64,000 bases of DNA from contig NC_042998.1 in assembly GCF_006345805.1 (NCBI RefSeq), positions 59,458,001-59,522,000 of the forward strand. Reading direction: 5' to 3'. Below, piece by piece: positions 11,626 through 25,992 of this stretch. Origin of the DNA: Octopus sinensis. Taxonomy: Eukaryota. Within the stretch, counting starts at the first letter, position 1. Each line of letters opens with the position of its first letter. The position numbers were made by a program, and so were the translations under genes. The notes beneath the pieces were generated by a model. The model did no database searches, was not told where the DNA came from, and saw nothing but the letters and a program-made list of their open reading frames with translations.

Positions 11626-12507
11626 TGAGGTGGTTTTAAAAAGGTTCTCGGGCTACTTCTGTCTGTTAAAAATAACTTATTTACCTAAGTTTTAAGATTA
11701 TTAACATCGAAATTGTCGCTATGTGCAGCAATACACCATTCCAAGCGTTCCTGCCACTTTTGGGATTCGGCCTGGAAGTCGTTTTCCGTAAGCGAGTCGA
11801 GGATCTTCTGCGATTTGTTCTGGACCTCGGCAACGCTGTTAAAACGGTGACGTTTGAGCTGCGTTTTATATCTTGACAAAGAGATGGAGGCCTGCACATA
11901 ATAAACCCGGCGAAAAGGGTGAGTGCCGAAGCGATATCATGTTGTCGTTGGCAAGAAACTCACGAGTAAGGAGAGCTTGTTTATAGGGTATACTGTCGTT
12001 GTGAAGAATCCAATTCTTCACGCTCCACACATCCGTTCGCTTCCGCCGAATGTCCGCCTAATATCTTCAAAACGTTGCAGTAAAACTTTCAATTGGCGGT
12101 GTGGCCCTGGGTTCGAATTATCCATACACAAAACTCTATTTCCGGGAGTAACATCGTCTTACATGGACGTTCTTCCCCTTTTGAAGCGCCTGTGCCACGC
12201 GAAACATTGTGCATGACCCATTACCTCGTCGCTGTAAGCTTGCCGAAGCATGCTCAATGTCTCTGCAGCAGACTTCCCAAGTTCAATGCAAAATTTCACG
12301 CTGGCTTATCGTTCCTGTCCATGACAAAATCGCAGACTACAACATACATGTGATCACAAAACACAAATTTCACAACTTGCAAAGTAAACAGAGCGATGTC
12401 ACTCAGAACACTACCTCATGGACGTCACTGCTAGCTCTAACTGCGGACGCTGCAATCTGCTGGTGCGCAACAGGACTAGTCCGGAAACTTTTTGATATCA
12501 TCTTCTA
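11626..12507 (-). mobile_element. Mariner transposon, internally deleted and degenerate
   Basis: C-terminal LKRHRFNSVAEVQNKSQKILDSLTENDFQ...KWQERLEWCIAAHSDNFD and WILHND..; N-terminal HTH remnant at ~12160-12320; degenerate TIRs at ~11626-11655 and ~12475-12507. Confidence 0.8.
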
Positions 12508-13040
12508 TATATATGCTAACGATGCGGCCAGCTCGCCGCCTTGAAATATTGCGGCAGAACGCAATAGTAATAATATTAATTTCAATATTTTATCTGTCTT
12601 TATGTTGTTAGTTCAAATTCCGCCGTTGGCGCCTTTACCGTTCATCCTTTCAGGGTCGATAAATTAAGTACCAGTTGCGTAAGGGGGTCGTTCTAATCGA
12701 CTGGCCCCTGCTCCAAAATTTCGGACCTTGTGTCTAAAGTAGAAAAGAATAATATTGATTTCAAATTTTGGCATAAATCCAGTAAGATGGGGGGAGGGAA
12801 TAAGTGGATTATATTGATCCCAGTGCTGGTAAGCATTTTGCCCGACGTGATAACGACTCTGCCACCTCACCACCTTATCTTATCAATAATATTAGTAACA
12901 TCCTACACTCTCTACTAAATCGTTGATATGGCAGATTCGTTAGCACATCGGGCAAAATGCTTAGCGTCTTTCGTCCGTCTTTAAGCTTCTGTTTCGAATT
13001 CTGTCAAGGTTGACTTTGCCTTTCAGAGTCGTTAAAATAA

Positions 13041-13335
13041 GTTTGTTGTTTGCTGTTTGTCGTTTGTACCTTTTCGAGCCCTGCCTAGCTCATAAGGGCC
13101 GGTTTCCCGGTTTCCTTGGCATATAGGTTCCCCACCTGGACAAGACGCCGGTCCGTCGCAGGTGAGCTGCAAGGTGCAGGAGGAAAGAGTGAGAGAAAGT
13201 TGTGGCGAAAGAGTCAGCAGAAGTTCGCCATTACCTTCTGCCGGAGCCGCGTGGAGATTAGGTGTTTCGCTCATGGTCTGAGATCCCTCGACCGCGAGTC
13301 CGCTGCTCTAACCACTACACCATGTGCCTCCACAA
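13041..13335 (-). mobile_element. tRNA-head SINE (family with ccggtttcccgg tail) nested in a family-A SINE
   Basis: Minus head gtggaggcacatggtgtagtggttagagcagcggactcg; the tail matches the copy at 62285-62535(+). Family-A sequence stops at ~13040 (aaaataag) and resumes at ~13345. Confidence 0.75.
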
Positions 13336-15297
13336 GGCGCCAGGTACGTTAACCAGTTAAAATAAGTACCAGTTGAACTCAGCAGTCAATATAATCTAAT
13401 TACCCACAATTTTATTATATTGATTTAATATTTTGGCACAAGGCCAACAAATTTAAGGAAAAGCTAAATCGTTTGCATCGTCCCCAGTGATTAACTGGTA
13501 TATATTTTATCGACCCTAAAGATGAAAGGCAAACAAAAACGTTTCGTGACAGGTTTCTTTTACTTCAACTTGCTGCGATAATTTGTTATGCCAAGCATCT
13601 AGAAAAACTTTGAATATATGAAGTTTTGTTTCTAGCAAGGAGATAGTTATAGTTTAACCTACCTTTATGAGATTTTGTTAAGAGGTGAATTGTAGGAAGA
13701 TGTTCAGTAGAATACCCTCCACGTCCACTAGATCTCACATGAATTGACATTTTTATAAGGATAATTAAAAGAAAACGGCAAACTGACAAGAGAAATTGGA
13801 CGAGAATGGGCTTCTTTCAGTTTCCGTGTATCAAATCTACTAACAGAGCTTTCGTCATCTCGGGATTAAAGTTGAAGACACTTGTGCACGGTTCCACATG
13901 CGGTTGGGAAGCAAACTTCTTACCACTCAGGCACGTCTTCGCCTACACACACACACATATACACATACACACATATTCATATATCGTTAGTGAGCATGCG
14001 CAGTCTCACATACAAACATACACTTACGAACGTATGCATATCCATGTCTGTATGTGTGACAGTCAAGGCTATATTTTTCAACCACATAAAGAGCCATCAT
14101 CCCCTGAGACGCTGTTATCACTTCGATTATTTTTTTTATAATTGTGATATCAGATTTCCTATCATCTGTGTGCAAGTCATTGCAATATTTCTATTTTAGT
14201 TTATTTGATATATTTGTAATTTTATTTTTCGAGTGTATTTCGTATTTTTAATTATTATTGTGTTCACAGATTTATTTTGATTTTATATTGTTATTCATAT
14301 CCTTACTAGTTGTCTGTTATTGTTATCTTCATTGTTTTTGTATTGTGCACATTATTGATTTTTATTCTTCTATTTATATTTGTATTTGACCTTTCATCAT
14401 CATTACTAACATCACTACAGAAATCCGCTATCATTCTTGTTCATTATTCTATCCATGAGTATTTTGGTTGGTGTATTATTTTGATTATTCATTATTAATG
14501 TCTCCAATGTTTTGATAATTATAATTAAACAATGAGACATAAAAAATTATTGGAACAAACGAAATGATTGGCAAAAAAGGCATATCTATTATTTATGCTA
14601 GAAATGCTCATTTTCAGCTTCAATACACACAGGAAGTCTTTATATTATAGGCAAGAACTGACAGAGGATCTGGGCTAATAAATTCACAATAAATGGTATC
14701 ACTTCATTAATATTTTGAAGCATTTTATTTTAAACACTAACAAACACAAATTCACACAAGCAAGGATTCTTGCCTGTCAGAAATATAATGTTGGAGCAGC
14801 CATTTTATTTTCATGTCTTCTTTACCTCGCCTCCCACATCACTTGCCGTCTTCAGTGTGGTCTATTTCGATTCTATTGGAAATAAGTTCAAATATATCAT
14901 CTAGATCGATTAAAAGTTCGTATACAATATTCTTTAAAAATTGCTAAATAGATTGCGTGAAAAATTGATTCATTGTCAAAAAAGTAAGGTGCGATCAGCT
15001 TGGCCGAAGTATAACAGAGTTGTACTGATAACAACCGATCTTATATGCATTTTTTGTTTAGAGTTTAGACTATTCCTATTGTCAAATATCAGTTTTGCTT
15101 CTTCACGATAAAAATACTGGTGATTGTGACACCGTAGCATCTCAATCGTCTTGTTTGAGTGTATTGCCGACTGAAAAACTGTCACAGGTGCGTCAATGAA
15201 ATCAAGTAAATATCTTTTGAGGCATAGGCCTTATTATTATTCCAGATAGGACTGTTCGTTATCCAACTACTAAGGAATTGGAAAGTTGGTCGCAAAG

Positions 15298-15299
<2 letters not shown>

Positions 15300-15341
<42 letters not shown>

Positions 15342-15601
15342 AACACACACACAAACACACGGACATGTTATGTGCATATGATATATATATATATATATAT
15401 GTATGTATGTGTGTATGTGTGTGTGTGTGTCTGTGGATTTATTTATATTTGTATATGTATATACATATGTGTACGCGTCTGTATATTGTGCCGAATGACG
15501 AATATACGTTTCATTATTAGTTTGATAAGAAAACTCTCAGTAGACCCATGCGAGCAAGCACGCTCATATGCACACGCTGATATATATATATATAATATAT
15601 A

Positions 15602-15644
<43 letters not shown>

Positions 15645-15663
15645 ATATATATATACACATATA

Positions 15664-15714
<51 letters not shown>

Positions 15715-15800
15715 GCATGTATGTATGTATGTATGTATGTATGTATGTATGTATGTATGTATATATGTATGTATGTATGTATGCATGTGTGTATGTATGT
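15300..15800. repeat. Compound microsatellite block (CA)n/(TA)n/(TG)n/(TATG)n
   Basis: Direct reading. Similar blocks at 24427-24665, 25825-25995, 28785-29045, 30125-30810, 35375-35615, 39070-39200, 50808-51025, 52690-52755. Confidence 0.95.
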
Positions 15801-17577
15801 CCAGTCGCACTCTCTAAACATAGACAAGATAAACATGAACAAAGCTTGTGTACATCATTGTATATTGTCAGTGTCACACGTTTTCCATCAGAGTTTCCCT
15901 CTCCTAGAGTTATTTTTGACAACAACAGAGGGGCCGCCCACTCCCAGTAGGACATCCGCGCGCCTGGACATCAACGCAGGTATTTCTATGTCCCAGCGCA
16001 TGCATACATGCATACATACACATGTAAACATATTGTTCGATGACCGTTGACAGCTCGTGAGATCCTCCACCCTGTGACAGGTCTCACTTTTGTCCTGCAG
16101 GGTGTCCAACAATCACCTTTCTCCAACTATAGAAAAATCATCATGCACAGGCATAGCTTGAATAAATGGAAGACCTATAGCCTTTACATGTGTAGGACTT
16201 TCGATCAGGCGATGGTAATACTCGAACACAAGTTTTCAACCATCATGTATATGTGTGTAGAAATATGCATATACATATGAATAAAATGTGATTAAAATTA
16301 TAAGGTGTATATAAACAAGAAAACAGACAACTATGAAACTTCAAGATTCCAGTTCAATAAGTGCCTATCTTCAAAGTGTCTGCTTACCCTCTTTGAAGAC
16401 GATCTATTTGATGTTCGAATTTGAATTTGAAGAATTAAAGAAATCTCTCGAGCAAGATCTTAAAAGTAAAATGAAAGACAACAAATTCCAGCTATTTTCA
16501 GGTAGGTGTCGATAAAATTTGTATCGATTCTAACCACTAAAATCAAAATATTTTGCAATTACATACAGAAAAATGTGTGAAACCATAAAATATATAATGG
16601 TTAATGAATTAATGGTGAATACCTCTCATTGGTAGCTAACCACAACATTTGTACGGTACAAAAGCAAAACAGCATCCCTTCAGTACTCATATTATACATT
16701 AAAAATCGAAAAATAATTAACTATCCCTCTTAATTTCAAGTCTAATTTTAACAATAAATCTAATTTCACCGTTCAAAGCCTCTCTTATATACATGAATGC
16801 AAATCCTCACAACTTGCGATGCCTTTATCACTGAGCTTCCTCTTTCACTATGTCGTAAACGCTTTTGATTTTGTTAAATTTGATGTCTCATTATATAACT
16901 AGGGAATACAAATATTCACGCAAAATATATATCAACTTTAGTTTCAGTATTGAACTACCTGGATATAACTACCAGTCTTGTGTATAACTAACTTAAAACT
17001 ACCCTTTCAAAAATCTCAACAAATGCATTGGCTATATTTTAACTATTCTTAACACAAAATACGTAACTAACAATCATGAAGTATCTCTTCGAATATCGGA
17101 AATGTATGCTAATGAACAAACATCTAATACATTTTTCTGTCTTTAAAGATATATTGCCTAGAAGTGTAGCAATTATTATAAATAATATCTTCTTTTGTAT
17201 ACAAAAAACGCTCTTTGTTTGTGCTGCATAGCCACTACCTACTTTCTAATAAAATTAAATTCGTGTTATTCTGCGATCCTAATCTAGCCGAAAATACCGA
17301 TGTATATTATATAATAGTCCAAACTGGAAAAATAAAATTGAAAAAGAGATTGAAATATCGGGAGGGGAAATATCAATACTGAATGAACTAATCTGTGGAA
17401 ACGTTGTAAAATTCAGAAAAAGAAGAAAGATGCTCTCAGCAAAAGAAACGCTGTAGTAAAAAGTCCAAGCAAAAGTTCAAACAATACGAAGATCTGAAAA
17501 GTGAAACAAGGCTGTTTACGTTAAATGATTGGAAATGTTATCATGTACATTGTTTTATCTCGCCTATATCAAATATT

Positions 17578-17875
17578 AGTACCATATGTTTGTTTACTAG
17601 TTGCTTGACCTTAACCATGTGAGCTTGTCCCTTAGTGACTGAAGATATGTGCATCTCTGATCACGAGTAGAAGTAACAGGGGAGAATGATAGCTATATTT
17701 TGAGAGGAGCACTTTGGGGCTTGAATAATTCACCTGTGGAAGATGGGTGCTTCATTCATCATCGTTAAACAAACCTTATTTAGGGATCATTTAAGCAGCA
17801 CGGGCTACTCAACCTGACGAAAATTCTAACTGGGCTCCACTGCAAAGTCATGCGTTGTTTATCTCCATATAAACT
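17578..17875 (-). repeat. Interspersed repeat, second copy at 49505-49645(+)
   Basis: ttgcttgaccttaacc...catctctgatcacgagtagaagta is the reverse complement of tacttctgctcacaatcagagatg...ggttaaggtcaagcaa at ~49560-49635. Confidence 0.7.
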
Positions 17876-19181
17876 CATCATGTCGCACACATATGGTTGC
17901 GATGCATGTGCCTGGTGTAACCTTATCATACGGGTAGTCATGATGGGTATACTAGGCTTCGTATATTGGTACCCCTGTATCACTTTGATGGCATGCGCTG
18001 CTCTCTCAATCAATGATTTCCTAATATAATAATGAGCGTTGTTGTATTTTTATATATTACGGAATATAATTCCAAAACTTACATGGATACATTCAATTTA
18101 ACAATTTTAAATAAAATTTCACAATATATTATATAAATAATTTAGAGAAAAACCTCTATTAAACAATTAAATAAAGAAAGATGTTATTCACACTTTTTAC
18201 TACTATTTACTAGTTATTGTACTTTATTGATTCTTAGGATAAGCTTTATTGATAGTATATGTTTTCTAAGTGTTGTGAATAACAGCTTTCGTTATTGAAT
18301 TGTATAATAGAAGTTTTTCTCTAAATTATATATATATATATATATTTGTCCAAAATCATGCAGAGTAGTATAAGTAAAGGAGGAGAATTGAAAATGATAA
18401 TTCAGTGAAGGAGAAGTAGTGAGAATAATAGCTCTGACTGAGAGGAAATGGGAAAAAGTAATAGAAATGAGAGAGAGGAAGTGGTAATGAGCGCGTCGTG
18501 TATCTGTATTTCTCCATCACAGCATATAGATGAGAATGGAAGGAGTGAAAAAATAAAGTCAGTATTTCAATTCTGTGTGAGTATATGTGTATGTATGTAA
18601 AAAGAAGTATTTGTATGTTCATTTGTGTGTGTGTGTGTGTGTGTGCGTGAGTGCAATGGAAATGGGATGATGAACGTTCAACAATGAAAAGAAAAGTCAA
18701 ACAACATTTCAACTTTGTGTGAGTATATGTGTGTATTTGTGAGCGTCTACAAGGGAAGGATGTGAATGTAAGTGAACAGTGACAAGCGTATTAATTTGAT
18801 TTACCATCCATATCTTCTACTATAATACTACGCTTGTGTATTTCTCTGTCACATGATATGAATGAGAAAGGAGGAGGTGATAGATGAACAACAAAGGAAG
18901 GGGTGATAGCAAACTCAGTATTGGGATGATGGTGAAAAAAATTATCAAACAGCTCCATCAGAGTTTCAACAATGCATGAGTATATGTATATATAAATAAA
19001 AGGGAGTCTTGTGAATGTTAGTGTGCGTGTGTCTGTGTGTATGTGTGTATGTGTGTTTGTGTGCGCGTGAACAAAGGATTATATGAATGCTGTATTTGTG
19101 ATTACTATGTACTTTATTTTGTACCTCATTTATATGTAAATACTACAATTAGCCGTCATTCTTGACGGTACGGGGTCAGCT

Positions 19182-19295
19182 ATAATAATAATGATAATGA
19201 TAATAATAACAATAACATTAATAATAACAATAACAATAACAACAACAAAAACAACAACAATAATAATAATAATAATAATAATGATAATAATAATA

Positions 19296-19361
<66 letters not shown>

Positions 19362-19794
19362 TAGAGAAATTAAGGCCAACAGACCAGATATAGTTGTCAG
19401 AGATCATGAAGCAAAAAAATGCTTTCTAATTGATGTATCAATACCGGCAGATGACAACGTGTCTCTAAAAGAAATGGAGAAACTCTCAAAATACAAAGAC
19501 CTGGAAATAGAGGTAACTAGAATGTGGAACCTGAAAACAGAAACAATTCCTATCATAGTAGGTGCATTAGGCATGATAAAAAATATTCAGACAAATACAT
19601 AACAAAAACACCAGGACTTACAAACACATATAACATACAGAAAATTGCACTACTAGGCACTGCACACATCCTACGCAGAACACTTTCCATACAATAACCA
19701 TCAGAGCATCACAACAAATCACAGCACATACCCAAGGCACACAGAGCTGCGCTCGGTAGTGAAGTGAAAGCACGCTATAAAAATAAAACTACTG

Positions 19795-19877
<83 letters not shown>

Positions 19878-20000
19878 TAATAATAATAATATGGTGGAAG
19901 AGGAAGAAGAAGAAGAAGAAGAAGAAGAAGAAGAAGAAGAAGAAGAAGAAGAAGAAGAAGAAGAAGAAGAAGAAGAAGAAGAAGAAAAAGAAGAAGAAGA
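19182..20000. repeat. (TAA)n arrays (19182-19359, 19798-19890) and (GAA)n array (~19900-20000)
   Basis: Direct reading. Confidence 0.95.
19360..19797 (+). mobile_element. R4/Dong-clade non-LTR retrotransposon 3' end (restriction-like endonuclease) inserted in (TAA)n
   Basis: DREIKANRPDIVVRDHEAKKCFLIDVSIPADDNVSLKEMEKLSKYKDLEIEVTRMWNLKTETIPIIVGALG, then frameshifted IQKIALLGTAHILRRTLSIQ*; (TAA)n on both sides. Confidence 0.9.
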
Positions 20001-20109
20001 GCCGTGGTCCTCTGAACCCTTGGCTACTGCAGTACCTGGTTCTTATATTAGGTGCATTGGACAGTACCTTCGGTAATAAGCAGTGTCATCCAGTACGAGC
20101 ATTCACATA

Positions 20110-23100
20110 ACACTTGATATCAAAATTTTGTTTTCCACATGTAAATTATTACATATCTCTCACGTCTGCGCTCTCGGGAGTAAAGTCGTAGTCTTTTCAG
20201 CCCCTCCCTGTATTTCATCTGTTGGACTGTAGCAATGTTTATAGTATAGTGTCCACAGTTGAGAGCAGTATTCTAGGCGGCTGAAGCAAAGGTCTTCCAT
20301 AGAGTCAACATGATTTCTTGATCTCTTGTCTTGAATGTCCTTAGTATCCATCCCGCCAATTGTCTGCACTTTACTGCCAACTTAATAATGTGCATGTGAA
20401 ATGATGAATCATTACACATACTGGCGCCCAGATCTCTCAATGTTTGTGACTCTGGGATTGCAGTAACTCCGAGACCTTTAAATGTCAGTTGTGGAGCATT
20501 TGTAATCTTATAGCGCATTGCTTGAAATTTTTCAGCATTAAATTGCATATTGTTTTGCTCTGCCCTCTTGTACATTGCATTTAGGTCGTTCTGCAGGTTT
20601 TATTGCCATTGATAATTTTGTATCATCGACGTAGCTATTGACAGTGGTTGTCTGAGTGACTGTGGACTTGTCTACTTGTCTAAGAGGGCTACTATAATCA
20701 GTTCCCTGAGGGACACCGCTCGGAAATTGTGTTTCCCTAGAGATTGCATCATTGGCTGCAACTGTCTGACTTCTATCGTTTAGAAAGTCATGCAGCCACT
20801 CTCCTAGTTTACCAGCTATACCGATTTTTCGCAACTTGTGACATATCGTGCCATGATCAACTTTGTCGAAGGCCATGGCAAAGTCAAGATATATCACATC
20901 AGCATTTGAATGTTCGAGAAGCTACATCAGGACCCACTCATAATTCCGTAAGAGCTGTGTGAGGCAGCTCCTGCCTCGGCGGAAGCCATGCTTGTTCAGC
21001 AAGTCATGTTCTTCTAGGAATATAATCAGTATCTTTCTGACGATTCGGTCCATGACTTTGCTGGTATGTGAAGTCAGAGAGATGGGTCTGTAGTTTTTAG
21101 CCTCCACTCTGCTTCCACCTTTATGAGTAGGGCATATGATGCCTTCTTTTAACTTTTTGGGATGTTTACTACTTGCAAGGGGACCCTGGAGAAGTATCCA
21201 AAATGGTCCTGCTAATTTTTGTTTACATGACATTATTAGGATAGCTGGGAAGTCACTGTCGCCGGTTGCTGAGTTTGAGGTCATTTCGTTTATAGCCGCT
21301 ATTAAATGTTCCTCTTCAATGTCGATGCAGGTGATGGCTGTCGCCCTTTCCTGCAGGGTTGCATAGTCAAAAATATCAGTTGTTTTTTCTATTGCATGTG
21401 AATTAGTGGAGAGGTGAAAATACTTTTAAATTGTACATTAAGCACTTAGGTTTCTAGGGTCCGCAGTCAGTGAGCCATTTAATTGGAGCAGCGATCCTAT
21501 TTTGTACTATACTGTGGCGGTATTCTTTGCAAATTTATAGAAAGCCTTGGAGTTTGTTTCTATGCTTTCTACAGCTCTATTCTCCTTCTCTGCTCTTTCC
21601 TTTTAATGGGAGAGTTTAATTTCGTTTTCAGTTTCCTGCAATGTCTCTCTTAATTTAGCCTTTTTACTAGCCTTCAATTCTCTATTCAACTGGCTTGAGA
21701 CTTTTGTTCTGTGTCTCATAAGAATTTTACTGTCTCTGGGGATTCTATTCATATGTATGTTGGCCTTTCTATCTGACACGTATTTGGTGCCTATAGCCTT
21801 CACAGTCGACATAAAGTGACATACTTTTAGGTCATTGCCTTGTATAGACAGGCTGTCAGGCCAGTTTTGATTCTGAATCTCTTTTGCGGATTGATTTCCA
21901 TTTGCTTTTTGGAAATTTAGGTTGGATATGACTTGAGTCCTCTTGATCGGGTGGATGTCAGCAGTTTACCTAGGACCATATATTGTTAATTTTATAATGT
22001 TATGATCCGAAAGAGTTGTTGGTGTTATCTTCACACTATGAATAATATTCAGACTGTTTGTGAAGCAGAGATCCAAAATGTTGCTTTCTCTGGTTGGTTG
22101 GTTGGTTGGAGTATAACGTGTTCCAGGAACAGCATGCTAGAAAGTTCCAGCAATGATTTTACTTGAGTTTGTTGATGCAGTGACATACCAGAGAGGATGT
22201 GGCCTTCAGGCTATTTGACATCCGGGAGGTTGAAGTCACCCAGGAGGAGTATAATGATTTGTTGGTCCATATTTGTCAAAATCTCCTCTATGCCTCTGAT
22301 GCTATCCTCAAATTTACCCTCATCCTTTAAGGTATTTGGGGGACGGTATGCATAAAACTACATCAATTTGTTTTACATATATTATTTAAGTGTCACAGAC
22401 TAAGTTTGAATGTGACAACAGTACTAGAAGTGTGACATTTTCACATAGGTACATGGCAACTCCTCCATGCCTTCTATATCTTCTGCTTGTTCGAATTACT
22501 GCATACTCTGGTATATGTATTTCCGCATCTGCTATAGTAGATGTTAGATGCGTTACTGTAAGTGTCATGCATATTGCTTGATTGCATGCAGCAAGGTCTT
22601 TCAGGTAGAAAAAATTGTCTCTGTTACCAGTCCGTAATAGGCCCCCAATATTCAGTAAGAATATGGGTGTGATATCTGTGCAGGAGTTACTGGTGTTAGT
22701 GGTGGCCGTCCTTGATCCATCATCTGTGGTGGTCTCGGGTATTAGTTTGTATGGCTTTGATTCTGCATTCTTTGTAGCCACGTTAGTTGCCGCACTATTT
22801 TCTGGGTCATGCTTAAAAAAGCTAGTTGTTCAGTAGCTGCAGTTAGCACAACCTCTGCATATTGCCTTTTGTGGGGAACAGAGAGTATGTGTGAACTCCT
22901 TTTCTGGTGAGACCTGTTGGTTCTTGTTGGTGGATTATGGATTCGTAGATCTGAGTTTATTGGTTTCCCCTTTCTGCGTTCCTATTTGTTTTGTCGTGGA
23001 TGGTTATCCTGCTTGTTAATCTGGTAGTGTTTGGGATGGGCAAATTTGCAGTTTGCTGCCTTTTTCTCCATGACAGGAGAAATTTCGCGCTTGGGTTTTG

Positions 23101-23560
23101 AGCTTGGTAGTGTTCACGTTTTCCCTGGCTGCTTTGTCTGTTTTCCTGTCTCTGTTTTTTAATGTGGTACTGTTTTGACTGTATACATTATAGGCATTGT
23201 AGCTTTCAGAACTGTTTGTAATATTGGTAGCCCTTGCCTTCTTTGTGTCATCCGTTTGGCCTTTCTGGTTTGAGCAGAGCACACAGAGTCTTCATTGTCC
23301 TTTTTGCAGCCTGTTTCCCTCATAATGCCTTCTAGGAATTCAAGATGTGTCTTTAAAAGTTCATAGGAGCATATGAACTCCTGTTTCTTCTGCTCAATCT
23401 GGGCCATAAACCTGTAGAAATTATATCTCTCCAGGGTTTCTGCTATTAGGTCCTTTGCTGGGGATCTGTCGCCCAAGCTCCGTGCTTGTACAAAAAGTCG
23501 AATTTCCTCAAATTGCCAGTTTCGACATATCATTTTATTTTTATTAGCCTCAATTTGGCG
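20110..23560 (-). mobile_element. CR1-like LINE, near full length, degenerate (ORF1 + APE + RT)
   Basis: APE motifs LLLGDFNLP, SNILDLCFTN, LSDHN. RT motifs KNYRPISLTSH, HGFRRGRSCLTQL, IYLDFAMAFDKVDH, SGVPQG, YVDDTKL, FNAEKFQ, LRDLG..., LEYCSQLW. ORF1-like pieces at 23016-23533. Many stops and frameshifts; ends approximate. Confidence 0.9.
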
Positions 23561-23789
23561 CTAAACAAAATACGAAATAGAAATATTCTAGTTTGTTCTG
23601 TTTGTTTTGCAGAAGTTTTTGATTAAATGCTTAAGCTATTAAATAAATAAATAGGATGAAATAAGATAAATAAAATAAACAAGATATATTAAGTAGATGA
23701 AATATGATACGAAGAATAATTATGAAATGCGAAATAGAGATTTGTGAGAGGGACAAAAAGGAAGAATTTACATGTAATTAGAGTCGTTT

Positions 23790-23985
23790 AAAGTTTCTCC
23801 ATTGTTCTACATGTTTCAGTCATGTGATGACGGCCATGCTGGAGCGCGGCTTTTGTTTGAAAAGATCTACACCAGGATTTATTCTTTGTAAGCCAAGTAC
23901 TTATTCTATCATTGTCTTTTGCCGAACCGCTATTTGTGGGAAAGTAAACACAACAATGGTGGGGGGTACAAAACTGACAGACACA
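23790..23985 (-). mobile_element. SINE family B 3' portion
   Basis: tttcagtcat...ggccatgctggagc...aagtacttattctatc matches the tails at 29055-29235(+), 41881(-), 53270-53432(+), 60640-60845(+). Confidence 0.75.
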
Positions 23986-25992
23986 CAAATATATTGGTGC
24001 GACAGGGAGATACTTACGTAGACGATTTACAGATTTGGGGGTCTTAGGATCAGCAATATTTCAAAAAGTTGTATTTACTTAACTTGTGTTCATTCATTCA
24101 CAAGGGATTTTTATATATTTTAGAGAAAAATTTCACAATCGAAAATCATCCCAGAAGAAAAAAACCTATTTGCTCAAGAACCACGTGATTATATAGTCCA
24201 AGGATGTGGTACACTTTGAAGCAGGCGTTCAGTCAAAGTATTTCTCTGTGTGGTAGTAAACAACAGATATTTCAGTTGTCACCACATTTGTTCAGTAAAA
24301 CATTCAGATTTATGTTTAACAAGCGAATACTTTCATTTCTTAGGTAGTCAAATCAAAACTTCTACCATGTGCTTCCGATGATATCATGAAGGATACGTTC
24401 CCCGTGTGAAATACACGTACAGATAAACACACACACACACACACACACACACATAAATATATATGTGTATGTATGTATGTATATAAATACACATATACAC
24501 ACAAACACATATATGCACACACATACACACACATATATATACGCACATACACACACGCATATACACACACTCTCACATATTTATGCAACTACGACGCGCA
24601 TGCATACAGCATACGCAGGCACGCACATACATATGAATGTGTTTGTGTGTATATGTGTGTTTGCGTTTGAGTGTATATTACTTTTTGAGAAATATTTACC
24701 ATGCTTTAGTTGACTGGCATTTTCTCCCCCTCTTAACATGTGTCAATTTTGATAGGTAAATTCTGAGTTTCGGCGACCTCAATCTCACTAGTGTGAAGAA
24801 GGACTCCAATTTATATTCACATCATCATCATTATTTCACCACAACATATTGCGACTGTGTATTTTTCCTATATAACATGTAACCTCCCTACGTTTCCTTG
24901 CACTTAACGTTTGGAGTGTTCAAGAACCGTTTCTATATTAATGCATTGAGAATATGATATATTTGTCGTGTTTCCAACTAACTTAGCCAATGACAGAAAA
25001 TTTCCTTAGGTATTTATTATTTCTGTCTACTCCATAAATATTCAGAAAGTTTATTAATATAACTACTGGTCTATATTCTAGAAACATTTGTTTCTTAGTT
25101 GTTTAGATGTTATTCGTAAGCATAGGGCGGAAATTGAAGAAGCATGTTTGTAAAATCAATAACCGTGTTATATTTTATGAAGTAAACACGAGTTCTGTAT
25201 CTGACATGAGCCTATTGAATAATATTCACATTTAGTTTTATTAATATTAATATTGGAAAAGGGAATATATTCATTCTTTTCAAATTTGTGGCATTTTACC
25301 AAAGTCAGGCATCAATAAAGATGTTGGTTAGCAGTGAATGCGGTAGTGAACCCGAATAAGTTTTATTGCTGTTGGTTTTTTTTCCACACTCATTTCAAGA
25401 TCGTAGTAGAACTGATTTTTTTCCCATACCACTACAAAAATGACAATATATGTGGGACAAATGCACTAATGGCCTATCCTTCACAATAAATTTGCAATGG
25501 ACAGATGCCTTTCTAAATTTAAGACTGCAGTAAATGTATTATTTTGTGGTTTCTAATATTATTCAACCCAATTTACTTTCGCAATGTTTCCTTCTGGCCT
25601 GGCAGCACGACATAATGCTTATTATAAACTTTATGATCCCCCACCCACAAATCATACATTAAACCCTTATTGCTTTTATTTCTCATTGATAAAGTGCTCG
25701 AAATGTTAGATCAACTTTTATTCATACCATTTATCATATTCATTTAAATCTTTTTCATTTGTTTGTCTTTCCTGATGTGATTCTATGTACTTTCTATCAA
25801 GTAACATATTTTTCTAGTTTATATATACATACATACACATAGAGACACAAACGCACATACATACACACACGCACACAGACAGACAGATACACACACACAG
25901 ACACACACACACATACATGTATACATACATATATAGATCTATATATTCACATGAGCGCAAATAGCTACACGCACACTCACACACGCATGTAT

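Noticed and set aside
15578-15700. Single-base phase shifts in (TA)n tracts (tatatattatata, tataatata)
   Set aside because: Common slippage or long-read consensus error; no information content evident.
19811-20110. Poly-K / poly-E ORFs
   Set aside because: (GAA)n microsatellite.
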